From the IMG/VR virus record IMGVR_UViG_2698536387_000012: a stretch of DNA of 19,577 nt; one strand, 5' to 3'. Made by a program: the position numbers and the translations under genes. Origin of the DNA: a virus (lineage: Duplodnaviria > Heunggongvirae > Uroviricota > Caudoviricetes). Positions 1-8,962 of this stretch are shown here, one piece after another; positions within the stretch are counted from its first letter, which is position 1; each line of letters starts with the position of its first letter. The notes beneath the pieces were generated by a model. It made no database searches, was not told the origin of the DNA, and was given only the letters and a program-made list of their open reading frames with translations.

Positions 1-119
1 GCCCCCATGGGCACCCGCATATACTGAGCAACGGCATCAGCAACCCGCATTCGTCTCGGTGCGCGAAGGATATAACCTGAATCGGTTCGTGCTGCCTTTG
101 CGGTTTCCTGATTCAGCAT
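1..119 (-). CDS. 5' end of a gene continuing beyond the window start; by position probably the terminase large subunit
   Basis: Minus-strand ATG at 119..117 overlaps the TAA stop of the small-terminase gene by 1 nt (TAATG) and is preceded by GGAGGAG; open frame runs to position 1 (MLNQETAKAARTDSGYILRAPRR...). Identity inferred from position only. Confidence 0.4.
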   Translation of the reverse strand, partial: MLNQETAKAARTDSGYILRAPRRMRVADAVAQYMRVPMG

Positions 120-613
120 TACTCCTCCTGCTGTAATTCCTCCTCATCATCCGCACCTGCTTCAGTCACCCGCAGGGCTATCTGATCGCGCAGATCATCA
201 ATAATGGACTGAACACGGCTCACAGCGGCAGGCTGCAGACCACAGTCACGTTCCAGAATATCCGGTAATGTCTCCAGCACCTGCACGACCGCTTTTGCCC
301 AGATGGCAAACTCCCGTCTGACATCACTGGCCGGAATGAGTTGTGCCGTTTCCTGTTCGAACTTAAGACGCTCACGTTCAGACTGATACCAGGCTTTGCG
401 CTCATGTGCGTCCATTTCGCCTTCTGCAACCGGCGGTGGTAATGCCAGAAATGCCGACACAATATCAACCACCCGATAAAGCTTGAGGTTGCTTTCATGC
501 CCCCCTGCAACGGGTAGATTTTGCAGCCTTGCCGCAGCAGTCTGGCGATGTACACCTGACAGTGCCGCCAATTGACTGATATTCAGCGTCAGATTTTTTA
601 ACTCTCGATCCAT
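119..613 (-). CDS. nohA: Phage terminase small subunit (Nu1-type), 164 aa
   Basis: ORF MDRELKNLTLNISQLAALSGVHRQTAAARL... has an N-terminal HTH and overall pattern recalling lambda Nu1; GGAG 5 nt upstream of ATG at 613; cos-like site about 180 bp upstream. Symbol assigned by context, not by alignment. Confidence 0.75.
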   Translation of the reverse strand: MDRELKNLTLNISQLAALSGVHRQTAAARLQNLPVAGGHESNLKLYRVVDIVSAFLALPPPVAEGEMDAHERKAWYQSERERLKFEQETAQLIPASDVRREFAIWAKAVVQVLETLPDILERDCGLQPAAVSRVQSIIDDLRDQIALRVTEAGADDEEELQQEE

Positions 614-717
614 ACCCGCTCCAGAATGTTTTAAACATGCATCTTGCGAACGACTTTAGGCAAACGGTGTTAGTGATGAACAAAAAACAATCAAAATCGA
701 CACCACAAAAATAAAAA

Positions 718-743
718 TACTGTAATATCAATCTATTACAGTA
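718..743. repeat. Perfect 10-bp inverted repeat TACTGTAATA-N6-TATTACAGTA between the terminase gene and cos
   Basis: Read directly: tactgtaata (718-727), spacer tcaatc, tattacagta (734-743). Confidence 0.6.
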
Positions 744-775
744 GTGGTGATGACGGATGAAATTTCAAAAACTAG

Positions 776-802
776 CCTTTTTCCGCGACGCTCCCGCCCC
801 GT
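776..802 (-). other. cosN-like cohesive-end site
   Basis: Minus strand reads ACGGGGCGGGAGCGTCGCGGAAAAAGG then TTTTTGAAATTTCATCC; lambda cos as I recall it reads ACG-GGGCGGCGACCT-CGCGGGTTTTCG...TTTATGAAAATTTTCCGG. Lies at a lambda-like distance upstream of the small terminase start. Not verified by alignment. Confidence 0.5.
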
Positions 803-828
803 GGCAGGGGCCCCCACCGGGAGGACCC

Positions 829-851
829 GACAGCCTGACAGCCTGACAGCC
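829..851 (+). repeat. Tandem repeat, about 3 copies of GACAGCCT
   Basis: gacagcctgacagcctgacagcc read directly, adjacent to the cos-like site. Confidence 0.6.
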
Positions 852-987
852 GTGATGAGCATCTGATACAGCGCTTTACATAATGGCATAGGAATAATTC
901 AGAAGGACATCACAGCATGCCCACACAAATTAGTGTGAGTGTCCTGTTTCTTCCTACGCACAGGACTGACGAGCATGAGGGGAAAAT

Positions 988-1155
988 ATGCGAACCATAA
1001 ATGCCTCATCTTCAGCAATGCAACCGGCATCCGAACAGGACGATATTGTAAATTCACCTAATTACGAGGACATTGCAGTAGTTGAATTGCAGCTCTGTAT
1101 TAGCCTGACAGTGACAGAATGCGATATTGACTCTGTCACAGGTGAAATAGTTTGA
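988..1155 (+). CDS. Candidate small ORF, 55 aa (MRTINASSSAMQPASEQDDIVNSPNYEDIAVVELQLCISLTVTECDIDSVTGEIV)
   Basis: ATG at 988 preceded by GAGGGG with 5-nt spacing; below the 60-aa ORF-track cutoff. No homology evidence. Confidence 0.3.
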   Translation: MRTINASSSAMQPASEQDDIVNSPNYEDIAVVELQLCISLTVTECDIDSVTGEIV

Positions 1156-1175
1156 ATGATTAGCAGTTATGGTGC

Positions 1176-1382
1176 TCAGTCAACCACCAGGGAATAATCC
1201 TTCGAATTCTTATCGTGCTTCACCAACGCTGCCTCAATTGCCCTGAATGCTTCCAGAGACACCTGATGTTCTATACATGCAATTACAACATCCGGGTAAC
1301 TCATAGAAATGGTGCTATTAAGCATATTTTTTACACGAATCACATCCAACGAGAGTTCATCAGCAGATTGTTCTTTATTCAT
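1176..1382 (-). CDS. ynfO: Small prophage protein, YnfO/YbcW-like, 68 aa
   Basis: [23 protein letters not shown]...; ATG at 1382 with GGAG 7 nt upstream; position between nohA and ydfO matches Qin/DLP12 gene order as recalled. Confidence 0.6.
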   Translation of the reverse strand: MNKEQSADELSLDVIRVKNMLNSTISMSYPDVVIACIEHQVSLEAFRAIEAALVKHDKNSKDYSLVVD

Positions 1383-1682
1383 TTTGTCGCTCCATGCGTT
1401 TGCTCGTCATCTAGCGGTTAAAATATTACTTCAAATCTTACTGCATAAAAGAGGAAAAGTATGAAAGTTTGAGTACATCGACCTTACATACATCTGTCGG
1501 TTGCATATCCCTCCTGGATGCCAGCAAGGCTCAATTTTGTTACGCAATCAACACTATTCATTAAAAACAGGCTTAATATTTGACATAAATCATCAACAAA
1601 ACACAAAGAGGTCAGACCAGATTGAAACAATAAACACGATAATGCTAACTACGCGCCATCGTATCACATGGAAGGTTTACCA

Positions 1683-2114
1683 ATGGCTCAGGCTGCCATT
1701 TTTAAAGAAATATTCGATCAAGTGCGTAAAGATTTAAACTGTGAATTATTTTATTCTGAGCTAAAACGTCACAATGTCTCACTTTATATTTACTATTTAG
1801 CCACAGATAATATTCACATTGTGTTAGAAAACGACAACATAGTGTTAGTAAAAGGACTCAAAAAGGTTGTAAATGTTAAATTCTCCAGAAACAAACATCT
1901 TATAGAGACCTCCTATAATAAGTTGAAATCAAAAGAAATCACATTTCAACAATACAGGGAAAATCTTGCTAAAGCAGGAGTTTTCCGATGGGTTACAAAT
2001 ATCCAGGAACACCAAAGATATTACTATGCCTTTGATAACTCATTACTATTTACTGAAAGCATCCAGAAAATTACTGAAAGCATCCAGAAAACTACACAGA
2101 TCTTACCACGCTAA
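1683..2114 (+). CDS. ydfO: YdfO-like protein (DUF1398 family as recalled), 143 aa
   Basis: ATG at 1683 preceded by GGAAGG (7-nt spacing); [30 protein letters not shown]... The track's upstream ATG at 1668 lacks an SD. Contains an in-frame 21-bp tandem duplication near the 3' end. Confidence 0.8.
   Translation: MAQAAIFKEIFDQVRKDLNCELFYSELKRHNVSLYIYYLATDNIHIVLENDNIVLVKGLKKVVNVKFSRNKHLIETSYNKLKSKEITFQQYRENLAKAGVFRWVTNIQEHQRYYYAFDNSLLFTESIQKITESIQKTTQILPR
2050..2091 (+). repeat. Perfect 21-bp tandem duplication (2 copies of ttactgaaagcatccagaaaa) inside ydfO
   Basis: Read directly; gives the in-frame repeat [14 protein letters not shown] in the protein. Confidence 0.9.
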
Positions 2115-2216
2115 ACCATAACGTCCGGCTTCTCTCACTCCTGAGCCGGACTGCATTGGTTTAATAAAAACCATCAACAATTGTGATTTAGATATTCGGA
2201 ACCATTCAAATATAAC

Positions 2217-2240
2217 AAAACCCCGTAAAAACGAGGTTTA
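2217..2240 (-). terminator. Weak intrinsic terminator candidate downstream of gnsB
   Basis: Minus-strand CCUCG-UUUUUA-CGGGG (one G-U wobble) followed by UUUU. Confidence 0.35.
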
Positions 2241-2265
2241 TGGATAAATTTTATTATTGAATACA

Positions 2266-2439
2266 TCAGATTAAATTAATCTTGACATCATAGCTTTCAA
2301 GACCCGTCATTTTTTCCCGTGCGGTAAACTGAATACTGGTAACTTCTTTCCCGGTCTTTTTCTTAAGTTCAATAATTTTTTTTGTTATATATTCAGAAAT
2401 ATCTGCTTCTGCTTTTGTTTTTAAGTCTTCAATATTCAT
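2266..2439 (-). CDS. gnsB: GnsB, 57 aa
   Basis: Hand translation MNIEDLKTKAEADISEYITKKIIELKKKTGKEVTSIQFTAREKMTGLESYDVKINLI; GAGG 5 nt upstream. An in-frame ATG one codon upstream (2442) is also possible. Below the ORF-track cutoff. Confidence 0.85.
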   Translation of the reverse strand: MNIEDLKTKAEADISEYITKKIIELKKKTGKEVTSIQFTAREKMTGLESYDVKINLI

Positions 2440-2610
2440 CATTTCCTCTTTTAGTCTGTTATGACTTTCCAGTTACACAGTAAGTCGATTATATGGTGCA
2501 AACGTGTAAAAGATAAGATGAAACATCGCAATAATCAACATACGATAGTCTAAATTTTACACAAACAGACAAAGAGAATTTTCCTGAATTATCAATGCAA
2601 TAGCATCAAA

Positions 2611-2766
2611 TCAACTCAAGAGCCTTATTGCTGCTTCCAGAATTTCTTCTGAAGTAACATGTCGATCCGCGGCTACATAAATGACTTTATGATCTCCGGT
2701 CAGAGATGGAAACCCTGCGGCCATTACAGTAAGGTGTGTTTTTTCGCCATTTGGATATTCACGCAT
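2611..2766 (-). CDS. ynfN: YnfN-like small protein (51 aa if started at MREYPNG...)
   Basis: Open frame extends upstream to in-frame ATGs at 2787 and 2841 and a TTG at 2883; none has a convincing SD. The 51-aa version matches the K-12 YnfN length as recalled. Start uncertain. Confidence 0.5.
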   Translation of the reverse strand: MREYPNGEKTHLTVMAAGFPSLTGDHKVIYVAADRHVTSEEILEAAIRLLS

Positions 2767-2885
2767 GATGGTGTTAACTCCAGTCATCGCTGGCACTACC
2801 ACTGCTGGTTCAGAGTTAAAAAAAACTATGATTTTTTTCATGATGTTACCGTAGTATGTGAGTATCCATCGAATAGACACCAAGC

Positions 2886-2905
2886 AAAAAAGCTCCCGAA
2901 GGAGC
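2886..2905 (-). terminator. Rho-independent terminator downstream of cspI
   Basis: Minus-strand GCUCC-UUCG-GGAGC hairpin followed by UUUUUU. Confidence 0.7.
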
Positions 2906-3112
2906 CTTCATTTTCACTTTTTTAAATCCAACGACAGACGGCTGGCATTTAAGTATTGTGAAATATTATCAAATGTAATCATCATTGATTTACAAAAGAT
3001 ACATTTTGCCCCGAAAGGATTCATGTCAGAAACATCAAAAGATGATGTTCTATACTGGGAACCATGACAACACGGGCATCTAAAGTGAATATGGTTTGTA
3101 ATATTGTCTACC

Positions 3113-3325
3113 TCAAAGCGCCACTACATGAACAGCGGCAGGACCTTTAGGTCCGTTCTCAATACCAAATTCAACTTCCTGATTCTCAGTTAATGTTTTG
3201 AAATCGTTGCTCTGAATTGCTGAGAAATGGACAAACACATCTTTGCTGCCATCTTTCGGCGTGATGAAACCAAAACCTTTTTCAGGGTTAAACCATTTCA
3301 CTAAACCAGTCATTTTGTTAGACAT
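3113..3325 (-). CDS. cspI: Cold-shock protein CspI, 70 aa
   Basis: [38 protein letters not shown]... carries the CspA-family RNP motifs (KGFGFI, VFVHF). Confidence 0.9.
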   Translation of the reverse strand: MSNKMTGLVKWFNPEKGFGFITPKDGSKDVFVHFSAIQSNDFKTLTENQEVEFGIENGPKGPAAVHVVAL

Positions 3326-3686
3326 AATTATTACCTTTTGAAGAAATTAGCCCTTGGGCAGAATGGTCCGAAAAAAATATCAGAGAGAAAAACCAACAAG
3401 GAAATCTCAAGAGGTACAAATAATAAAATTATAACAATGACTGCTTCAGATAAATTTGTAACAAACCAGAACACCATTAACGCATGATTAACCACCCATA
3501 GCAAGGATTACTTTTGTAAAGAAAAACACAGCAATGAAAGAATAGCTTTATTTATTAATAAAACGTGTCATTCTGATTAAGACCTTTTATCTTACCCTTA
3601 AGATTTCAGGAATTTTGGCTCATGGAAGAGTCCTTTTTATTCAAATTTTACATTCCGCGATGTAAATGTTCCGATTTAATATTACC

Positions 3687-4710
<1,024 letters not shown>

Positions 4711-4714
<4 letters not shown>

Positions 4715-5022
4715 AGATATTTATGATGAGGACGCTCGTGCTTATTGGCAGGATTTTCAATCTTAAAGGAGTACTGATGCTGCAGATAAGACTCAACTTT
4801 TTCTGACAATTTTTCTGCTACTTCCAGGAAGACTTGCCGGACGCTCCTTCTGGCTGCTGCCTCATAAAACTCCAGCGCAGCTCCTTCAACACGGTCCATG
4901 GCGACATCCAGGTCAAAAATTTCACCGTCAAAGCGTTCTTTGTCCTGTAAGGCTACAGTTACCGTAACTTTATTCTCAAAATTACGGACTCCTTTCACAA
5001 CCAGTTCATAGTCTTGAGTCAT
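4711..5022 (-). CDS. ydfR: YdfR-like protein (DUF1327 as recalled), 103 aa, between holin and endolysin
   Basis: ORF MTQDYELVVKGVRNFENKVTVTVALQDKERFDGE...; AGGAG upstream; in the K-12 Qin position. Confidence 0.7.
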
Positions 5023-5026
5023 TGGA

Positions 5027-5242
5027 TTACTCTCCTCTCGCAGCCTTACGCCTGTCTTCTTTAATCTTGAAATAAAGATTTGTCAGATACGTCAGCAGGC
5101 CAAAAACCAGGCTACCCAGCACACCGATTGCAGCCCACTGTGACGGAGTTACTTTATCGAGTAACTGCAATGCCCAGAAACCAGCATTACCCGCCGATGT
5201 GCCATAGGCAACACCTGTTGTTAACTTATCCATTGATTTCAT
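5027..5242 (-). CDS. essQ: Class II holin (phage-21-type pinholin), 71 aa, with dual-start motif MKSM
   Basis: [71 protein letters not shown] closely resembles S21 as recalled; two TM segments; Met1/Met4 dual start. The track ORF extends to a TTG at 5317. Confidence 0.8.
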   Translation of the reverse strand: MKSMDKLTTGVAYGTSAGNAGFWALQLLDKVTPSQWAAIGVLGSLVFGLLTYLTNLYFKIKEDRRKAARGE

Positions 5243-5461
5243 ATCCTCACCCCGATGTACACGGATGGTGCAATATGTTTGAAAAGATCGGAGTCTACGG
5301 GGTAGTTTTGACAGCACACGTTGTTCTCAACGGCGCTAAAAAAACATACACATTAAAAATGTGGGTAATTATTTTGAAAGAAAGTCATATATAAAATAAT
5401 AATACGAGAAATGTTTTCATATTTAGTGTACTGTATACGGCCATTTATACAGGAAAAGCCT

Positions 5462-5632
5462 ATGTCAGAACGTAAAAACTCAAAATCACGCCGTAATTAT
5501 CTCGTTAAATGTTCCTGCCCAAACTGCACCCAAGAGTCAGAACACAGTTTTTCAAGAGTACAAAAAGGTGCCCTTTTGATCTGCCCTCATTGCAACAAAG
5601 TATTCCAGACAAATCTTAAAGCTGTAGCCTGA
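5462..5632 (+). CDS. Small zinc-ribbon protein candidate, 56 aa
   Basis: ATG at 5462 with AGGA 7 nt upstream; MSERKNSKSRRNYLVKCSCPNCTQESEHSFSRVQKGALLICPHCNKVFQTNLKAVA has two Cys pairs (CSCPNC, CPHC). Opposite in direction to the late operon. Confidence 0.4.
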   Translation: MSERKNSKSRRNYLVKCSCPNCTQESEHSFSRVQKGALLICPHCNKVFQTNLKAVA

Positions 5633-5691
5633 TTGATTTTATTAGTAACAAGTATTTTTTATATTTTAATAATATATTTAAAGCAGATAAT

Positions 5692-5714
5692 AAAAAACCC
5701 GCCTGAGCGGGTTT
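5692..5714 (-). terminator. Intrinsic terminator (bidirectional hairpin, stronger on the minus strand)
   Basis: AAAAAA-CCCGC-CTGA-GCGGG-TTT; the minus strand has a 6-U tract after the stem. Lies downstream of cspB. Confidence 0.6.
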
Positions 5715-5995
5715 GAGATTGTGGTGCTTTTTGTGGGAGTCATCCACTTACGCACTTTGTTTTGCCATGCCAGCAGTTAGCTTCTGCTGTAAAACTATTC
5801 ATGCAGCAAACCTGCACTTCACCACAATGGTTAGCATACTTTTCCTGATTAAGATTTTGCCAAATATGCTAGCCATTGTTTCATGTATTGGACCTCCTTA
5901 TTTTTTATTAAAGAGATCCAATATTCACTACTCTGTCCGTATCTCTACTCAGGCATCAGCCTTCTTCGTTATCGTATACAGACGAGCGATGAATT

Positions 5996-6211
5996 TTAAT
6001 CAGTAATGATGACATTTGCTGCTGCAGGACCTTTAGCACCACTCTCTATAGAGAAGGTAACCTTTTGACCTTCAAATAAGGTTCGATAATTATCATTCTG
6101 AATCGCAGAAAAATGCACAAACACATCTTTACTACCATCAACAGGAGAAATAAAGCCGAAACCTTTATCAGCGTTAAACCATTTTACTAAACCAGTCATT
6201 TTATTTGACAT
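5996..6211 (-). CDS. cspB: Cold-shock protein CspB, 71 aa
   Basis: [71 protein letters not shown]; about 300-bp upstream non-coding leader typical of cspA-family genes. Confidence 0.9.
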   Translation of the reverse strand: MSNKMTGLVKWFNADKGFGFISPVDGSKDVFVHFSAIQNDNYRTLFEGQKVTFSIESGAKGPAAANVIITD

Positions 6212-6511
6212 TCTACATTCCTTAACTTGAGCCTTTCGGCATAAATGGTTTGCATAACAGAAACGACTTCGTACTTAATTGGAGAGACTCAAAGAAGGAA
6301 TAAGTGAATAACACCTGAAATGAGAACTGCTTTAGTAAACTACTTCGTATATCGTCTGTTCTTCAAACCGACGCAATCATTAACGCATAGTTGAACATAT
6401 GAAGCAATGTTTATTTTAGACATCCAGCCATCTTCAACCCCATCAAAAAACTATAGCTTTCTTCAGGAACGTGTGTATAGTGCGCCAAGTTATCAGTATT
6501 AAGGAATTTTT

Positions 6512-6724
6512 TTGTCCCGTAAAATGACAGGAATTGTCAAAACCTTTGACGGCAAAAGCGGCAAGGGTCTTATCACCCCATCCGATGGTCGTATCGATGT
6601 CCAGCTTCATGTTTCAGCGCTCAATCTCCGCGATGCAGAAGAAATTACCACCGGATTACGCGTGGAATTTTGCCGGATAAATGGTCTGCGTGGCCCTTCA
6701 GCTGCCAATGTTTACCTTTCATGA
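6512..6724 (+). CDS. cspF: CspA-family protein CspF-like, 70 aa
   Basis: [44 protein letters not shown]...; TTG at 6512 has AAGGAA 5 nt upstream (alternative ATG at 6524). Confidence 0.8.
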
Positions 6725-6778
6725 GCTATATTAAAGCTTTAATTTCAGGCCCCATCGGATCACACATGGAGAGTTTTT

Positions 6779-6868
6779 ATGAATAACCCCGTCTGTCTTG
6801 ATGACTGGTTGATTGGCTTTAAAAGCTTATGCTGTACTTTGGCCGTAATAGCTCTGCTAATAATATAA
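6779..6868 (+). CDS. Candidate small hydrophobic peptide, 29 aa ([29 protein letters not shown])
   Basis: ATG at 6779 with GGAGAG 5 nt upstream; one predicted TM segment. No homology evidence. Confidence 0.3.
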
Positions 6869-7016
6869 TAAGCAGACTCATTGTGTTTAGGGACATTGTA
6901 CTGGAAGAAAACATTTTAAACATCAGGCAAATAACCAAGTCACCAGCTAAATAATAAGTTAACAGACATGAGTCCCGGGATGAGATTCAACATTACCATT
7001 GCCCCATTTAAAGCAC

Positions 7017-7040
7017 AAAACCCGCTCATCAGCGGGTTTT
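7017..7040 (-). terminator. tR'-like intrinsic terminator downstream of the late promoter (bidirectional hairpin)
   Basis: AAAA-CCCGCT-CATC-AGCGGG-TTTT; about 110 nt downstream of the Q stop on the minus strand, about 300 nt downstream of cspF on the plus strand. Confidence 0.6.
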
Positions 7041-7085
7041 CTACTTTTTCTTAACGTCGGGTATACAAAGCCCATCGTTGAAAAA

Positions 7086-7114
7086 ATTTTATCCATATTT
7101 TTTGAAGAATGCAA
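7086..7114 (-). promoter_or_regulatory. PR'-like late promoter candidate (-35 TTGCAT, 17-bp spacer, -10 TAAAAT) just downstream of Q
   Basis: Minus strand reads gtTTGCATtcttcaaaaaatatggaTAAAATtttttc, about 45 nt upstream of the tR'-like hairpin. Confidence 0.4.
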
Positions 7115-7145
7115 ACATCATGTCGCCATCTTCAGCAAAAATCAT

Positions 7146-7898
7146 TTATCTCGTCACCTTCCTCAATTGCGCTTCCGCGTATGCTTCTTCCTGCCAGCAC
7201 TTTGTTACCAGTTTACCAATGACGTCCGCATACCCCTTATACCACTGATAATCGGTCAGGTCTGGTACCAGCTTCTGGACATGACGTCGTGCCAGCGTGG
7301 TCGGTAAACGACTAAACCGGTTTCCATTACAACGCCCACAAATCTTATATACCGGTACGCCATGAAACCGGGTTCTTTTTTCATCCAGAACAATCCCTTT
7401 ACCCTTACACCCTCTGCACGCTGTGCTGGCTTCGCCCTTACCATGGCAATGCTGACATAGTTCCTTCACCCATTCTTCCTTGATTACAGATTCCCCGCGT
7501 CTGTAGTGTTTCACCACTTCGCGCAATACATTATAAAATCCCGTACCTGAACAATGCTCACAGCGAGCCTTACTTGCCGCAGACCTGGAGTAATCAGCAA
7601 AGGCAAAACTCACGAGGTAAGGAATAATCTGTAACCGGATTTCTTCACTCAATTTGTTCAATGTCGGGTTATCCAGTGCCATCGCGTAATTTAGCAGGCC
7701 TTCAATCGCAAACTGAGGGTTCTGAACACCAACTTTTGCCAGAAATAAGGCCAACCCAAGTGGTGCTTTCGACTGCACCATCCCCTGCGCTGCCATTACA
7801 TCCGTAATTGTTAAACAACCGGTGCCTGTCGCTGGAGCGTCATCGCTCAATTTTGGAGATTTTGGGGAGTAATATTTTGGTAAGGCTTCAAGGTTCAT
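7146..7898 (-). CDS. quuQ: Late-gene antiterminator Q, 250 aa
   Basis: Cys/His-rich zinc-binding region (CEHCSGTG...CQHCHGKG...CRGCKGKG...CGRC); ATG at 7898 with GGAG 7 nt upstream. The track start at 7928 is a TTG. Confidence 0.85.
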   Translation of the reverse strand: MNLEALPKYYSPKSPKLSDDAPATGTGCLTITDVMAAQGMVQSKAPLGLALFLAKVGVQNPQFAIEGLLNYAMALDNPTLNKLSEEIRLQIIPYLVSFAFADYSRSAASKARCEHCSGTGFYNVLREVVKHYRRGESVIKEEWVKELCQHCHGKGEASTACRGCKGKGIVLDEKRTRFHGVPVYKICGRCNGNRFSRLPTTLARRHVQKLVPDLTDYQWYKGYADVIGKLVTKCWQEEAYAEAQLRKVTR

Positions 7899-7911
7899 GC
7901 TCGTTCTCCAC

Positions 7912-8961
7912 TTACGCCAGTACGCCAATTGCCAGCGCGCGATCGATAAAACGAAATATCAGCTCCAGTTGGGAGCCATACTTATCTTCAAATGCCACTG
8001 TATCCGTATGCAGCTCGTTGTGATGCTTTCTGCACAAAGGCAACACAAAGAGATCATGTGCTTTTGTTCCCATTCCGCCCTGCCCGTGACCAATCAGATG
8101 ATGCGGATCGTCGGCTGGCATACCGCAGCAAGCACACGGCTGTGTCTTAACCCAACGTGTGTATTTCTCCTTAACCCAGCGGCGACGTTTAGGCAGCTTC
8201 ATGAAAGATTCCGGAGACTCTGGATCAACGGTGATGCTTACCACCGTCTTTTCCTGTGGTGATTTTTGTTGCTGGTGGGCGTAAGGCAACGGTGCAAGAT
8301 TTTTTGTGCGTTGTTTCAATATGCTGGTGGCGGTCTGCTCTCCCGGTACGATGTCGCTTTCGCGGTACACCGAGCAGATTTTTTCCGCTGGTAATCCCAG
8401 CGAACGACGCGATACAGCCTCAGGTAGTGCATCCACCACCTGATTGCAGACCGCCCACCAGGATAATTCAGCCAAAGATAATTCCCGCTCCTGCGTACCG
8501 CTTATTGCGTGACGGATGACGTCAATCACCCATGCTGTCAGATTTTGTTGAGCAAGCAGCTCCAGTGATTCCGATGTCTGGTCACGCAGTTGGTTGTCGC
8601 AGTGCCAGCACAACACCATTGCGCCGGTACCATAACGGTGAATGACTGTTTCAGTGTGATGGTAATCGCCATTAGGCCACTGGCAGGATGTAACATGACG
8701 TAATAGCCAGTCGGACAATGCGCCAACGCCGCCAGCAGCACGAATCACCCGTTCGTTACTAAAAAACGGCAGCAATGTTTTGTCTTCCGCCAGCGGCTGG
8801 CGAACGGCAGGAACGACTCCGGATGGCAGATTACGCATGCTTTTTGGTTCCGGTTCCACCAGCACTCGAGGATTATGAAATATCTGTATGGATTCACGGC
8901 CCGGCTTAAGGACCACCAGCCCAAGCTCAGGCACCAGAACAGGTCTAAGTAATACCCGCAC
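7912..8961 (-). CDS. ydfU: YdfU-like protein (DUF968 as recalled), 349 aa, with C-terminal Cys/His motif
   Basis: GTG at 8961 preceded by TGGAGGT (4-nt spacing); C-terminal PCACCG...HHLIGHG...LCRKHHNELH motif. The longer track ORF starts at an upstream GTG without an SD. Confidence 0.65.
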   Translation of the reverse strand: MRVLLRPVLVPELGLVVLKPGRESIQIFHNPRVLVEPEPKSMRNLPSGVVPAVRQPLAEDKTLLPFFSNERVIRAAGGVGALSDWLLRHVTSCQWPNGDYHHTETVIHRYGTGAMVLCWHCDNQLRDQTSESLELLAQQNLTAWVIDVIRHAISGTQERELSLAELSWWAVCNQVVDALPEAVSRRSLGLPAEKICSVYRESDIVPGEQTATSILKQRTKNLAPLPYAHQQQKSPQEKTVVSITVDPESPESFMKLPKRRRWVKEKYTRWVKTQPCACCGMPADDPHHLIGHGQGGMGTKAHDLFVLPLCRKHHNELHTDTVAFEDKYGSQLELIFRFIDRALAIGVLA

Positions 8962-8962
8962 G

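Noticed and set aside
220-731. Track ORFs 220..555 (-) and 495..731 (-) overlapping nohA
   Set aside because: Alternative frames of the terminase small-subunit gene and its upstream region; Cys/Arg/His-rich low-complexity translations, no SD, overlapping a well-supported gene.
1215-1421. Track ORF 1215..1421 (+), 68 aa
   Set aside because: Antisense to the ynfO-like gene; Cys/His/Phe-rich translation typical of a non-coding frame.
5713-6006. Track ORF 5713..6006 (+), 97 aa
   Set aside because: Begins inside the terminator hairpin and runs antisense to the cspB 3' region; no SD.
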